The position numbers and the translations under genes were made by a program. Shown here piece by piece: positions 1 to 9,807 of a stretch of DNA of 64,000 nucleotides. This stretch comes from a virus: the IMG/VR virus record IMGVR_UViG_3300003886_000002; one strand, given 5' to 3'. The notes below the pieces were generated by a model, which ran no database searches, had not been told where the DNA came from, and saw only the letters and a list, made by a program, of their open reading frames with translations. Position 1 is the first letter of the stretch; the number at the start of each line of letters is the position of its first letter.

Positions 1-523
1 ACACATCCGTTGAAGAAACATGGACAGTTTCGTCCACATCTCCCGCAGTAGCGAAATATCCTGCGGCCCAACCCATCAGGTACTCAGGAGTCTCGTCTCC
101 TCTTGGGAAGGGTCTGACATCCGGCGATGTAGGTATAGGGCTATTAAGGGAACTACTGTGTCCATCGGGGCAACCGTATCCGTGTTGCACCCCAAGCGCG
201 TCTATCTGGTATGGGTTGTCCGCAAATGTGCTTGCCAGGAAGTCTCCTTGACCAAGTTCTGCGGTAACAACCTCTTCTCCATCTGTCGCATCTAGCGAAC
301 TATCTAGACGGAACCAGCGGTGCCCAGGGGTCGCCCACTCTGTCCGCTCTACCCCCATACGTGACATCGTGATCTTTAGGAGTCTCTGCTTCCCAAACGA
401 CTTGACGTCCGCGTTTACCCACTCCCCGCGGGTGGTTTGCAGCACTGCATGCCCTTCAATGGCAAGTTTATCAATCCTCTGTGTCCCGCTGTTAGTCACC
501 ACTTGAGTTTCTGGGGCAACACA
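1..523 (-). mobile_element. Second intein in the metallophosphoesterase (truncated by window edge)
   Basis: Starts CVAPETQVVTNSG immediately after GDLVEQ; block B ATPGHRW; degenerate LAGLIDADG-like YLMGWAAGYFATAG. Confidence 0.8.
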
Positions 524-2155
524 CTGCTCTACAAGGTCCCCCATACCAATAAGGTATAGGCAGCCGATATCAATGTTGATTCTTCGGAGATCTGCAACAT
601 AGTCTGCCACGCGGTCAAATGATGTCATAACCCGGTCAATTGTTCCCTTAACTCCATCCCCGTCACTATTATGTGTCACAACAAGGTCGTGTCCTGCAAG
701 GTATAGGCCACCTTCAACAGTGATGCACTGTGCGCTCACCATCCCTGCGGGCTCCACAGACCTAACCAACAGCGAACGGGACTGTCCACTATCCGATGTA
801 GTCAGCTGTGCGAGTTTCGGCTTCATCCTAAACACTTGGTGATCTTCACGATCCCCGTCCGGCATGAACTCCACACTATAGATAGGCTTCCCTGACGTAT
901 TGGGCAGTAGCCCTTGTACCTGTGAGCGTAATGTTTTCATCCCAAGGCTTGCCACTAGCCAATCCACAGCATCTACAATCTGGATATCGGCAGTGACTTT
1001 AACTATCCCGGATGATGTAACACTAGCCCCCACGTCAAGCAGCCCTTGTAGGAGCCTTAAACGCTGGGATACAGAACCAAGCAACAGATTGGGTGGGATC
1101 TGCCCAGGGGACAATAGCCCGGCAATATACAGATCATCTAACAACCCTTCTATAGCAATACCTACATATCCAATCTGAGGGACAGCATGGAATGTTGCCT
1201 GTGTCTCAAACAAGTTAGCCCAGTGGGCAGCATCACCTAATGGAACTACTATCTTGCCTGTATCTGCGTCCCCTCCACTGATCCACGCCCCCCATAGGTA
1301 TGGGTCAACCCCCATTTGGACAGAGTCAAGGAGCACGGGCTGTGGCAGACCAATACGGAAACCCTCACCTGCCTGATCAGGGGCGTCTTGGTCAATGAAT
1401 CTTCGTTGAATAATCTCCTGTGTTGTGTATACCAACTGTTGTTGCGGAGGTTGACCATCTGATGCTTTTCGTGAGTCCCACCCAAGCCAGCCATGCTGAC
1501 CAGAGGCAACCAACGAAACCCCATTGTCAAACCCAATACGGGAGCAAGGCTGTTCAGCAGAACCTGTTACAGACAGAACCCTGACAGGGTTGCCATTTAC
1601 TCCATACACACTGTCCCCTGCCCGGAGATGCCCATGCAGCACCCACCCTCCTGGGGTAAGAACCGGAGTGTCATCCGATAAAGCTTTACCTATCTGCCAA
1701 TCAGACAGGCACATGAGCAGGTCAACGGGTTCGTCAGGAATCAGGAGTGAACGTTTAGGTTTCTTGTGCCTCCCGATACCAACTAAAAGTTCTTTAATGT
1801 CAAGGCCATAGTATGCTGCTCGCAGCCTTATACGTGCCTTGTAGTAATAGAACCGTTCAATGCTCCCGGCCCCCATGTTGGCGTCCCATGCACGAAACTC
1901 TGGGTTGTAGTTTGGGTCTATCTCATATACTTCTGGGTCCAGATCCCATACATTCAGTAGATCTGTCCATTCAGCATTGCTAGGAGCCCCTGGGACTGTA
2001 CGGGGGCCTGTAGACAGAACCCCTGTTTGTCCTGTGAATTCGACCCCCGACTCCCATCCTTTAGGGTGGGTGCGCTCAACGCGTTGCGCCTCTGCTTGCC
2101 GCCGCTTCGTCCCCTGCACTACCTCAAGATTCTCGATGTCGTCGGATAAACCCAT
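1..2155 (-). CDS. Metallophosphoesterase (Mre11-like) interrupted by two inteins; 3' end outside window
   Basis: Hand translation from ATG 2155 (TGATG overlap with the upstream ORF) stays open to the window edge: MGLSDDIENL...LMCLSDWQIGK|intein|SDGDG...LYLIGMGDLVEQ|intein. SDWQ.GK and GDLVE match motifs I and II of actinophage metallophosphoesterases. Absent from the ORF track because there is no stop in the window. Confidence 0.85.
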   Translation of the reverse strand, partial: MGLSDDIENLEVVQGTKRRQAEAQRVERTHPKGWESGVEFTGQTGVLSTGPRTVPGAPSNAEWTDLLNVWDLDPEVYEIDPNYNPEFRAWDANMGAGSIERFYYYKARIRLRAAYYGLDIKELLVGIGRHKKPKRSLLIPDEPVDLLMCLSDWQIGKALSDDTPVLTPGGWVLHGHLRAGDSVYGVNGNPVRVLSVTGSAEQPCSRIGFDNGVSLVASGQHGWLGWDSRKASDGQPPQQQLVYTTQEIIQRRFIDQDAPDQAGEGFRIGLPQPVLLDSVQMGVDPYLWGAWISGGDADTGKIVVPLGDAAHWANLFETQATFHAVPQIGYVGIAIEGLLDDLYIAGLLSPGQIPPNLLLGSVSQRLRLLQGLLDVGASVTSSGIVKVTADIQIVDAVDWLVASLGMKTLRSQVQGLLPNTSGKPIYSVEFMPDGDREDHQVFRMKPKLAQLTTSDSGQSRSLLVRSVEPAGMVSAQCITVEGGLYLAGHDLVVTHNSDGDGVKGTIDRVMTSFDRVADYVADLRRINIDIGCLYLIGMGDLVEQCVAPETQVVTNSGTQRIDKLAIEGHAVLQTTRGEWVNADVKSFGKQRLLKITMSRMGVERTEWATPGHRWFRLDSSLDATDGEEVVTAELGQGDFLASTFADNPYQIDALGVQHGYGCPDGHSSSLNSPIPTSPDVRPFPRGDETPEYLMGWAAGYFATAGDVDETVHVSSTDV
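668..1684 (-). mobile_element. Class-3-type intein (339 aa) with degenerate LAGLIDADG domain
   Basis: Starts with Ala (ALSDDTPVLTPGGW); block B ASGQHGW; block F AQCITVEGG; ends VVTHN followed by Ser, giving the W/C/T triplet. Endonuclease motifs decayed to DPYLWGAWISGGD and LLQGLLDVGA. Confidence 0.88.
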
Positions 2156-2448
2156 CACTCCACCTGCGTCCATTGGCAACGGCAAACGCTACGACGATGC
2201 CTCTGTATCGAGCTGCTAACCACCCTGCTGGCTGCGTCCCTAAACAGGGACGGAAATGACTCATCGGATGCCCATACAGCAACCATTTCGGCTATGTGGG
2301 TTCCATAAATATGGGAGTCTAATAATTCCTTAAAGGCGGAACAGTCTTTATCAGACATCTGCTCCATGAGTGTGGCAACTCCGCATGATGGGCCTGAACT
2401 AGGCCGCCACCCTTTGCGAAAGTTTTGGATCTCGTCTGCCAGATTCAA
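2155..2448 (-). CDS. Small phage protein (RHRR..C.C C-terminus), translationally coupled to the phosphoesterase
   Basis: 97-aa ORF with GGGGG RBS; its stop overlaps the next ATG. Confidence 0.7.
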   Translation of the reverse strand: MNLADEIQNFRKGWRPSSGPSCGVATLMEQMSDKDCSAFKELLDSHIYGTHIAEMVAVWASDESFPSLFRDAASRVVSSSIQRHRRSVCRCQWTQVE

Positions 2449-2496
2449 GATAGCCCCCCTCGGCGTAGCTTCAAAGCATTGAGGGTGAAACCTAAA

Positions 2497-5400
2497 TCAT
2501 GTACCACAGCATGGGGGCTCTGCCTCATCTTGCACATCTGCAACCTCGGGGTTGATTGTCTCTACCCCATTATCGTTGCCGACGCGTCCCAAGATTGCAA
2601 AAAGACGTGACGCTGCACGTTCTGCACGGATAGGTCGCAGAGCCCCACGAAGCTCAACAATCTCTGCACGAAGCTCAGCCACGTCAGCCCCAAGTGATCC
2701 CACCTGGGGAAATGTGCGCTGCACCATACCTGCCGCGACAAGTGACCTCATTTCACCAGAACCTGAATCGTAGATACCCTGAGGGTTACGACCAGCAGAT
2801 GCAACCAAACTGTCTTGGACAATGAACCCTGAGAGGTTCACAGCCAACAGCCCAACCACCTCAAGGTTCTTCCTGATCCTACGCCAGTCAGGAGAGATAT
2901 CTGAGCCACGGAGCGCTTGCACCTGCTCCGGAGAAGCGCTAGGTCGAACCGCCCCAGCGGCAACAATTCCCCACGCATTCTCATACAGGTGAACGTCTGC
3001 TACAGCACACCCCGTATCTGCATAGTGCGCCTCAGCATCCGAAGCCAACAACCGCAGGTTGGGGTGAACCGTATCCATGTAGACAGGGCCACATAGCACC
3101 TGCTCGCCCTCATCAGTAACAACCCCGGGCTTATGGAATGCACTGAACCTGTTCTCTGTATGTGGGACACCCACACACTTATCGGAGAACCCGATATGGC
3201 AAGATCCCCACCGGGCAATCAACCCATAGCAGCGTCCATCTGCATATACCTGAAACTCCTCAGGCTCACCCATGTCGTCAAGTTCGAACCAAGAAGTAGG
3301 GGGATTCAAAGGAGGCGTCAAATTCTTGTTCCCTGCACTGGCGACAAGCGAATCAGGACTCACACGCTGCATGCGCTCTCCCTGCAAAGCGATAGGGACT
3401 GGTGATGTAAAGCGCCACACATCCCCACGCTCATACCCAGAGGCAACCAATGCTTCGTCATCAGATGCTATGTCTGCGTCAATCACGTGTACCTGTGCCT
3501 CTTGGAACGCTGGAAAAGGTGTAAGCGTGGCTCCCATGAGCCTGCCTTCTATGAGGACCTGTAGTATATCGTCATCAGAAAGCATCGCGTCAAGAGGGTC
3601 TACCTGACCGCCACTTGCGTCTTGGAACTCGATAGTTACCATGTCTATGTCTGCGGAAACTCCACGCATGGTACCTTCCGCTATGAGGCGGCGCGCTTCC
3701 TTCCCTTGCTCCCCAGAATCAAAGGAACCACGTCCTATGATCTCTTGGCCTACACGCTCAATCTCCTGTATAGACCCGGCGATAGCTGCACCATCGTGGC
3801 CCTCAGCGTTTACTGTCTGCAACATGAGGGGCAGTGGCAGCTTGCGCCACGTTAGGGTACCTTCGCTTATGAGGCGCCCATCACCAGAAACAACCCCTTC
3901 CACAATGAGTACCCCCTCCCATTCGAAGTCGCCGCTGACAACGTCCCCATCGATGATCGTATCGTCGCTAGACGTTGCGCTATCCCCATCTGTTCCATCT
4001 GGCTGAGAGTTCGGGCCGTCAACGATTTCATCGTCTCCTGCAAGCTCCTGTACGGAGTCGTCGCTCAACCCCAGTTCGGTTTCTAGTTCCTGTTGTTCCT
4101 GAGGGGTCAATGTTGACTGGCTCTGCTCAACCCATCGGTGAACAATTTCACCAATAAGTTCCCCGTCATTGAGTTCAGTAATATCGCGCTTGCCTGCAAG
4201 GTTCGCTACCTGTTCAAACCACTGAGCCCTCATGTCGCCTATAGCGCTTTCTACATCTGTGATGGGCTCGGCCTCACCTAGATCTGGGACGTTGACCCCT
4301 CCGTCGCGGAGGTGGCGGGCAAGGTGGTTAAAGACCCCTTGGTAATCGCTTGTTGGGATGGTGGAATCATCGATTACGGTAATGGCAGAATGGGCTGCCC
4401 ACATGACTGCTGCCCCAGGGTTGCCATCTTGGTCCACCACGTGGTGAATGAACTTGTATGCGGTCTTTGACCCGGCGGCTCTGTCCTCGTCTCGCCAAGC
4501 GAAGATACGTGCGTAGTAGCTTTGGTCTTCTCCCTGGCGGGTACGTTTCTTCGCCTCGTCACCGTTCCACCCTTCGAAGGTGGCAGGGTTGATCGTGGGG
4601 GTGCTATGGGATGCTAGTGGCCCAAACTCTGCCACTATTTCAGTGGCTGTTGTGTCAAAGTCTTCGTTGGGGTCTACAGGGTTGTTGATGTAGTAGAGAT
4701 CTACTAAGTCTGACATGTACCTATGGTCAGTAGGGTTAACAACTACCCCTTCTTCTACGGCCTGTGCGAGCAGTCCAGCATCTTGCAGCGACATCAGCTC
4801 AGGTGGTTCAAGGTCCGCATCGCTCAAATGGGATGCCAGGTGTTTGTAAACCCCTTCCCTGTCTCCACTCGGGATGGTTGTTCCCCCACGTGCCCCATTT
4901 AGGACACCGATGCCTGTAGACGCCGCGACTGTTGATGCATCCCCTGGGGTTCCGTCATCACCAACGAAGTGATGTATGAACCTGTAGGCGGCTTTCACAG
5001 TAGTGTCTGCCTCATCATCACGCCACGCGTAGATACGAGCGAAATAGTCCTCGTCGCTAGGGGACGTAACCTTCTTCTCGTTCTCCGGCCCATCCCAAGT
5101 GTCGACAGATGTAGGGGTGTCATGAGGGCTGATAGCAGCAAACGGTTCACTTCCGTCGTCCATCTCGTCTTCATCATCTGTCGTGTCTGTGCCCAAATCG
5201 GCAGCAATGCCACTCATGAATTCCAAGATGGCTGCCCACTGATCTTCCGTAACCGATGACGATTCTTCACCGTCAGGAGTATCCTCGCTTTCAACCAACT
5301 TATCCATAGCTTCCTGGGCGGACTCTACAGAATCGTGGCAGCTGATGACAGCCCCGGATTCTGGATCTACGAGTGCCACTGTTGATTCCCCATCGGTGCT

Positions 5401-6123
5401 CTCGACACAGTCAGCAGAGTCCTCAACAATGTCCAACCCCGCGGGGTCACCTACAAAGGTCTCCTGTGTACTACCTACTACGGTCTTTGCGGCCACGGTC
5501 AATTCCTCCTCAGTCGGCCCGGAAAGACCCACGTCAACGATTTCTGTACCCCAACGTAATGTGATGTTATCTAAATTCAATGGTAGACCAACTAGGTCCG
5601 CGCTGTCGGGAACTGGCCCATAGTTCAACGTAATATGTGGCTGGAAGTCGTGGTCTTGACGCACTGAGACGCCATTCTCGTTTAGCAGATGCACCAAATC
5701 GCTTCTGAACTCACCTAACCCAGGGGCATCTACCAACGCCAAAGTAATCCCATCAGTCCCGCTCTTCCCGAAAGATCCGATACCTGCTACTTCCCCATCG
5801 AAAGGGGAATAACGCTCTGCAACCCCAGCGATAACTGCCTCTACTGTTTCGCGATCCAACCCGTCACTGATAGCCCCCAGGGAAGCAAGAGTGACATGTA
5901 GAGATTCAGGCTGTTCCCCGCCTGACCGGGCCAACTCTTGTTTCTGGTCGTCTGTAGGCTCAACAGTAACGATGGCACTGTTGGAATGGTCAGCAAACGC
6001 CTGTGCGCGTTCCATCTTTGACGATAGAAGCACAAACAGGTTCTCAGGGAACTCCCCTACACTAACCAGCCCAGGGGTAGACACATCGGCAGAGCCACCG
6101 CTTATGGTAGTGATATCAGTCAT
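2497..6123 (-). CDS. Capsid maturation protease-like protein with N-terminal 2H phosphoesterase and a duplicated internal domain
   Basis: 1208 aa; HxT motifs LHVTLA and PHITLNY near the N-terminus; WEGVLIVEGVVSGDGR..LPLPL..GHDGA..RGVSAD..GATLTPFPAFQEA resembles actinophage head maturation proteases; lies directly downstream of the portal. Confidence 0.75.
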   Translation of the reverse strand: MTDITTISGGSADVSTPGLVSVGEFPENLFVLLSSKMERAQAFADHSNSAIVTVEPTDDQKQELARSGGEQPESLHVTLASLGAISDGLDRETVEAVIAGVAERYSPFDGEVAGIGSFGKSGTDGITLALVDAPGLGEFRSDLVHLLNENGVSVRQDHDFQPHITLNYGPVPDSADLVGLPLNLDNITLRWGTEIVDVGLSGPTEEELTVAAKTVVGSTQETFVGDPAGLDIVEDSADCVESTDGESTVALVDPESGAVISCHDSVESAQEAMDKLVESEDTPDGEESSSVTEDQWAAILEFMSGIAADLGTDTTDDEDEMDDGSEPFAAISPHDTPTSVDTWDGPENEKKVTSPSDEDYFARIYAWRDDEADTTVKAAYRFIHHFVGDDGTPGDASTVAASTGIGVLNGARGGTTIPSGDREGVYKHLASHLSDADLEPPELMSLQDAGLLAQAVEEGVVVNPTDHRYMSDLVDLYYINNPVDPNEDFDTTATEIVAEFGPLASHSTPTINPATFEGWNGDEAKKRTRQGEDQSYYARIFAWRDEDRAAGSKTAYKFIHHVVDQDGNPGAAVMWAAHSAITVIDDSTIPTSDYQGVFNHLARHLRDGGVNVPDLGEAEPITDVESAIGDMRAQWFEQVANLAGKRDITELNDGELIGEIVHRWVEQSQSTLTPQEQQELETELGLSDDSVQELAGDDEIVDGPNSQPDGTDGDSATSSDDTIIDGDVVSGDFEWEGVLIVEGVVSGDGRLISEGTLTWRKLPLPLMLQTVNAEGHDGAAIAGSIQEIERVGQEIIGRGSFDSGEQGKEARRLIAEGTMRGVSADIDMVTIEFQDASGGQVDPLDAMLSDDDILQVLIEGRLMGATLTPFPAFQEAQVHVIDADIASDDEALVASGYERGDVWRFTSPVPIALQGERMQRVSPDSLVASAGNKNLTPPLNPPTSWFELDDMGEPEEFQVYADGRCYGLIARWGSCHIGFSDKCVGVPHTENRFSAFHKPGVVTDEGEQVLCGPVYMDTVHPNLRLLASDAEAHYADTGCAVADVHLYENAWGIVAAGAVRPSASPEQVQALRGSDISPDWRRIRKNLEVVGLLAVNLSGFIVQDSLVASAGRNPQGIYDSGSGEMRSLVAAGMVQRTFPQVGSLGADVAELRAEIVELRGALRPIRAERAASRLFAILGRVGNDNGVETINPEVADVQDEAEPPCCGT

Positions 6124-9100
6124 TGTTCTGATAGGGGTCTACATCCACCTCATACGCCTTCTCTAATGATCCCACAACGAACCCTGTAGGAACACTCAAT
6201 CCGTTTACCCCTGTACGTATAGGCTTTATGAATGCTGTCGCCATATGGGCTGTAAGCACAACAGACAGGTACTGCGAAGCCGCTTTTGCACGCTCGTCCG
6301 CCATGAAAGGATTCTCACCCTTTACTATAAAGTATTCCCTGACCCAAGCTGTGACATCTACCTCAAGGTTGACCCATGCGTCACGCATGAGATCTTCCTT
6401 GTGAAGATTCATAACGCTGTAGTCATTCTCAGAGAGAACAGAAAGCATCTCATACTTATCGTGCTTGCGGATCTCATCCTTCACAGGCAGATCCGTCCCG
6501 TTCAGTCTAGATATGATTCGATTCGATGCGCGTTCAATAGCTCGTTTCAGCGCAGCATCAGCGGCAGTCTGCAAACGTTCCAGGAGAGCAGCCTCGCCTC
6601 CACCCCCTGGGATACTTGGTCCCCGCGCCTCAGGAACCTGCTGCCCTGTATCAGAATCTGGGATATCTACATCTGTCCCCCCGTCACCCGCCCTTGGCCC
6701 CTGGCCACGCTGACGCGCCTCATTACCCGGAGATGTCAAATCTTCAGGAGTGAAAATGTCCCCTAGATCTGGGTAAAGTTCTCCAATAACCCGTGTACCC
6801 CACAAGATGGGTTCTGAGAACATAAGCTTCTCAAGGGTGCGCCTCTTACGCTCCTCCTCATCAGGGGCATCTGAAACATCGAACCCGTTTGCACGCAGAT
6901 ACGACGCCTCTTTGATAGCTATACGGTCATATGCCCCACGGGCTGCCGGTCCCGTATCTGTACGAGACGTCAACAAGGTTGCATCAAAATTGAGCCTGTA
7001 ACGAGCCGCCTTCTCCTCAGTCATGCTCTCACATGTAATTAGCATCGGACGCAAATACGCAACCGTAAGAAACTCAGCTATCTTCTGACCCTTAGGAACA
7101 ATATGCTTATCAATGAAATCTGCGTCAATGTTGTAGGAGGTCTGCCCCGTATAGACAACCTTGCCGCTACGCCGGATCATCACGCTGTGATGCGGGGGAA
7201 CCGTCGGGCACCAGATCGTGCCCGTATACGATTCGACAGACATCTCCTTCCGCCCCAGGCCGAATGTCGTTTTCCGTGAAATCGACAGCATCGTGCCATT
7301 TTGCTTCGTCTCATAAATATGCGTGGACCGCCCAGAAAGGATGGCTGCCAACTCCAACGGAGCGAGACGATCGCGTTCGGACTGAGTGATGTGCATGGTC
7401 CCTGCGGAGAGAACTGTTCCATCAGCACGAACAGACACATCAATGAACAACTCAATCTGAGATGCCGTCAGGTCATGAATGAATCCCAAATCAAGAACCT
7501 TGCGTTCTGGGTCGGAAAAGAACGGAACCAGCAAGTCCGCTGCGGAAGCGTTCAAACGGAAATCGGTCATGTCGGGACGTTCTGGCCGAATTTGCTCAGC
7601 CCACGCAGGGTCACGCCTCCCTCCGGTCGGACGACCCACGTGACCATCCGTCAAATGCTCTTTGGCATTCCCTAACAAAAGTGTCAAGGAGTTACGAATC
7701 CGCTCGACATGGAAGGGGTTCACCTTATTCGACTGACATATCGATACCTGTGGGGACTGGTCACGATTTTTGAATCGAATGTTCCCTTCAGTCCAGAGCC
7801 ACGCAAGGACCTCGACTAATTCGTCGGACCACTTCATCTCCTTCGGGCGGTCCGATGAAGGGGCTGCCACAAGGAGCGAATCATTTGAGTTGAGTTCTTC
7901 ACTGGTGGTCCAGATACGGTCCTGACCGACCACACGGGATGTTGTGCGGCCATCCACGTCAGTCACATTTTCTCGGATCTTGTGAAGTGTCGGCCAACGG
8001 TGGTCCATCGTGGTCAACGACGAATGTCGGTCACCCTCTATAGAGAGCATCGGTAAATCAACCACGTCGGCTCGGTAAACGTCAGTCGATGGGCGCCACT
8101 CGGTTGCCCCTGTCTCATGGTTCAATGACAGCAGAATGTCCCCCACCTCAAATTCGTCTATCCCCTTCCAACCATCAGTGGTAAGAACCTCCGTCTTGTC
8201 GTCGCAACACCAATGGTTAAGCCCACCCTTTCCACCAATCACTTCTGGAGGGGCGTCCATACCTGTTGCAAGACGCTGTAGCGCCTCTTGACGCAGCGAC
8301 TGGTACAGGGTGTCTAATCCACGTGCAAGGTCTACCAAACCCATCAGGTCCTTAGCAGGCTTGCCGTCGATCATGGCAGGGCCACGCATAAGGAGCGGGA
8401 TCAGCGATGCGGCAGATGTACGGTCTTCGACCGGTGCTTTGATCTGGTCGATCCACTCTTCTGAGAACTCGTCAATTTCGTCAGTATCTGCCCCATCATT
8501 CTCCGTTTCGTCGAATGACCCGAATGAGAACTCGTCGGGAAGATAGTAGATTCCTGCGTTGAGACGACCCTTAGCAATTGCATCCACAACCTGGGTAAGT
8601 AAAACGATTTCACGACAGTTGTGAACCACGACCCCCTGTACAATGAAGTTGGCTGGTCCCGGCACCGTCAGGTCCCATACAGGGGCAACTCCGTCCGGTT
8701 CTACGGACTGCACCCGGGTGACTGCGAACCCGTCCCCGACAGCGCCTTCGTCAGCGGTGACGATGCAATGATCACCAGTGAGTTCCTGGACCTGCACCCA
8801 TTGAACGTCATCTGATGGAACTATTCCCCCGTCACCCACAACATGCTGGGTTGCCAGGATGCGGTGGTCTGCTGTAGCCCGTACAGTGTAGACGCCTGCC
8901 TGAACCTTCAACACGGGTTTGTCACCATTCGCTGTCACGGCAGACACAGGGGAGAGGACGGCGCGCCCACCATCCCACGCCCATACTTCGTCGCCAACAC
9001 TGACATCCTGAATCGCAACTAACCCTAAATCTGTGGAAACCAGTTCTCCTTCTGCTACACAGATGGGGAGCAAACGTTTAACCGCAGAATATGCTCTGTG

Positions 9101-9757
9101 ATAGAAGCGGGGGTCAGGCTGCCATAAGCGTGCTACGTAAGTTTCTTTCGGAAGGTCTACCCGCCCACCTGAGCCTGTCTCCCCGATACGCTGTATCTTG
9201 TTTCCGCTAGGCTTGAGTTCCTCTGTAGACAAGAACTCCCACACAATTCCTTCGTCTACACCTGTAAGCTCATTCTTTATTGGGGTGCCCACAAGGTAGG
9301 ATTCCCCTGCCGTGTACAAGTGTTCTGATGCACGTTTGATAAGTTCTTTCTTCCCCCCCTGCGGACCTACGAAGGCGTCCCATATGCTGTTAACCTTTTC
9401 ATCTGCCGTATCAACCCAGCCGAAATCATTGGCAAGGTCACGTTCTTGTGTCCGTATGACACACGACGATATTGCGTCTGATGTCAACTCAATCAGATAG
9501 CCCAGCTCGCCTATCACCTCTGCAAACCCATACGCGTCCCGCTGCCACGCCTCATTTGGGGTAAGGGGAATCGCAAGATCCCCAAGCTTGGTTAGGCGTC
9601 CCGGAGCAAAAATGGCAGACTGCCCCGGCTTGATGATTGCAAACTCTGCCCCTCGGCCCCGCATGGAACCGCTGCGGCGAAGTGGTCCTTGTCTCGGCAC
9701 GCGTGTAAACCTCTCCACATTCGTTACATCTAGAGCGTAGCCTACTCGGCGACGCAA
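6116..9757 (-). CDS. Portal protein with two inteins (about 709 aa after splicing)
   Basis: Extein motifs HLYTAGESYLVG, RLWQPDPRF...SAVK, RLATGMDAPPEV.G.GGLNHW|TSYNID resemble actinophage portals; sits upstream of the protease. Confidence 0.8.
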   Translation of the reverse strand: MRRRVGYALDVTNVERFTRVPRQGPLRRSGSMRGRGAEFAIIKPGQSAIFAPGRLTKLGDLAIPLTPNEAWQRDAYGFAEVIGELGYLIELTSDAISSCVIRTQERDLANDFGWVDTADEKVNSIWDAFVGPQGGKKELIKRASEHLYTAGESYLVGTPIKNELTGVDEGIVWEFLSTEELKPSGNKIQRIGETGSGGRVDLPKETYVARLWQPDPRFYHRAYSAVKRLLPICVAEGELVSTDLGLVAIQDVSVGDEVWAWDGGRAVLSPVSAVTANGDKPVLKVQAGVYTVRATADHRILATQHVVGDGGIVPSDDVQWVQVQELTGDHCIVTADEGAVGDGFAVTRVQSVEPDGVAPVWDLTVPGPANFIVQGVVVHNCREIVLLTQVVDAIAKGRLNAGIYYLPDEFSFGSFDETENDGADTDEIDEFSEEWIDQIKAPVEDRTSAASLIPLLMRGPAMIDGKPAKDLMGLVDLARGLDTLYQSLRQEALQRLATGMDAPPEVIGGKGGLNHWCCDDKTEVLTTDGWKGIDEFEVGDILLSLNHETGATEWRPSTDVYRADVVDLPMLSIEGDRHSSLTTMDHRWPTLHKIRENVTDVDGRTTSRVVGQDRIWTTSEELNSNDSLLVAAPSSDRPKEMKWSDELVEVLAWLWTEGNIRFKNRDQSPQVSICQSNKVNPFHVERIRNSLTLLLGNAKEHLTDGHVGRPTGGRRDPAWAEQIRPERPDMTDFRLNASAADLLVPFFSDPERKVLDLGFIHDLTASQIELFIDVSVRADGTVLSAGTMHITQSERDRLAPLELAAILSGRSTHIYETKQNGTMLSISRKTTFGLGRKEMSVESYTGTIWCPTVPPHHSVMIRRSGKVVYTGQTSYNIDADFIDKHIVPKGQKIAEFLTVAYLRPMLITCESMTEEKAARYRLNFDATLLTSRTDTGPAARGAYDRIAIKEASYLRANGFDVSDAPDEEERKRRTLEKLMFSEPILWGTRVIGELYPDLGDIFTPEDLTSPGNEARQRGQGPRAGDGGTDVDIPDSDTGQQVPEARGPSIPGGGGEAALLERLQTAADAALKRAIERASNRIISRLNGTDLPVKDEIRKHDKYEMLSVLSENDYSVMNLHKEDLMRDAWVNLEVDVTAWVREYFIVKGENPFMADERAKAASQYLSVVLTAHMATAFIKPIRTGVNGLSVPTGFVVGSLEKAYEVDVDPYQNND
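7142..8209 (-). mobile_element. Intein (356 aa) with LAGLIDADG-like domain, ending Gly-Gln
   Basis: CCDDKTEVLTTDGWK...LTTMDHRW...LAWLWTEG...VRADG...IWCPTVP...VVYTGQ|T. Confidence 0.88.
8618..9061 (-). mobile_element. Mini-intein (148 aa)
   Basis: CVAEGELVST...RATADHRI...VWDLTVPGPANFIVQGVVVHN|C; no endonuclease domain. Confidence 0.92.
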
Positions 9758-9807
9758 GTGTCACACCCAGGTGTTAGCATACCGAAGTTCACTAAGAAAG
9801 GGTTTCC

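Noticed and set aside
1-2154. Apparent 2-kb non-coding or pseudogene region with only short ORFs in the track
   Set aside because: One minus-strand frame is open to the window edge; the short ORFs are shadows.
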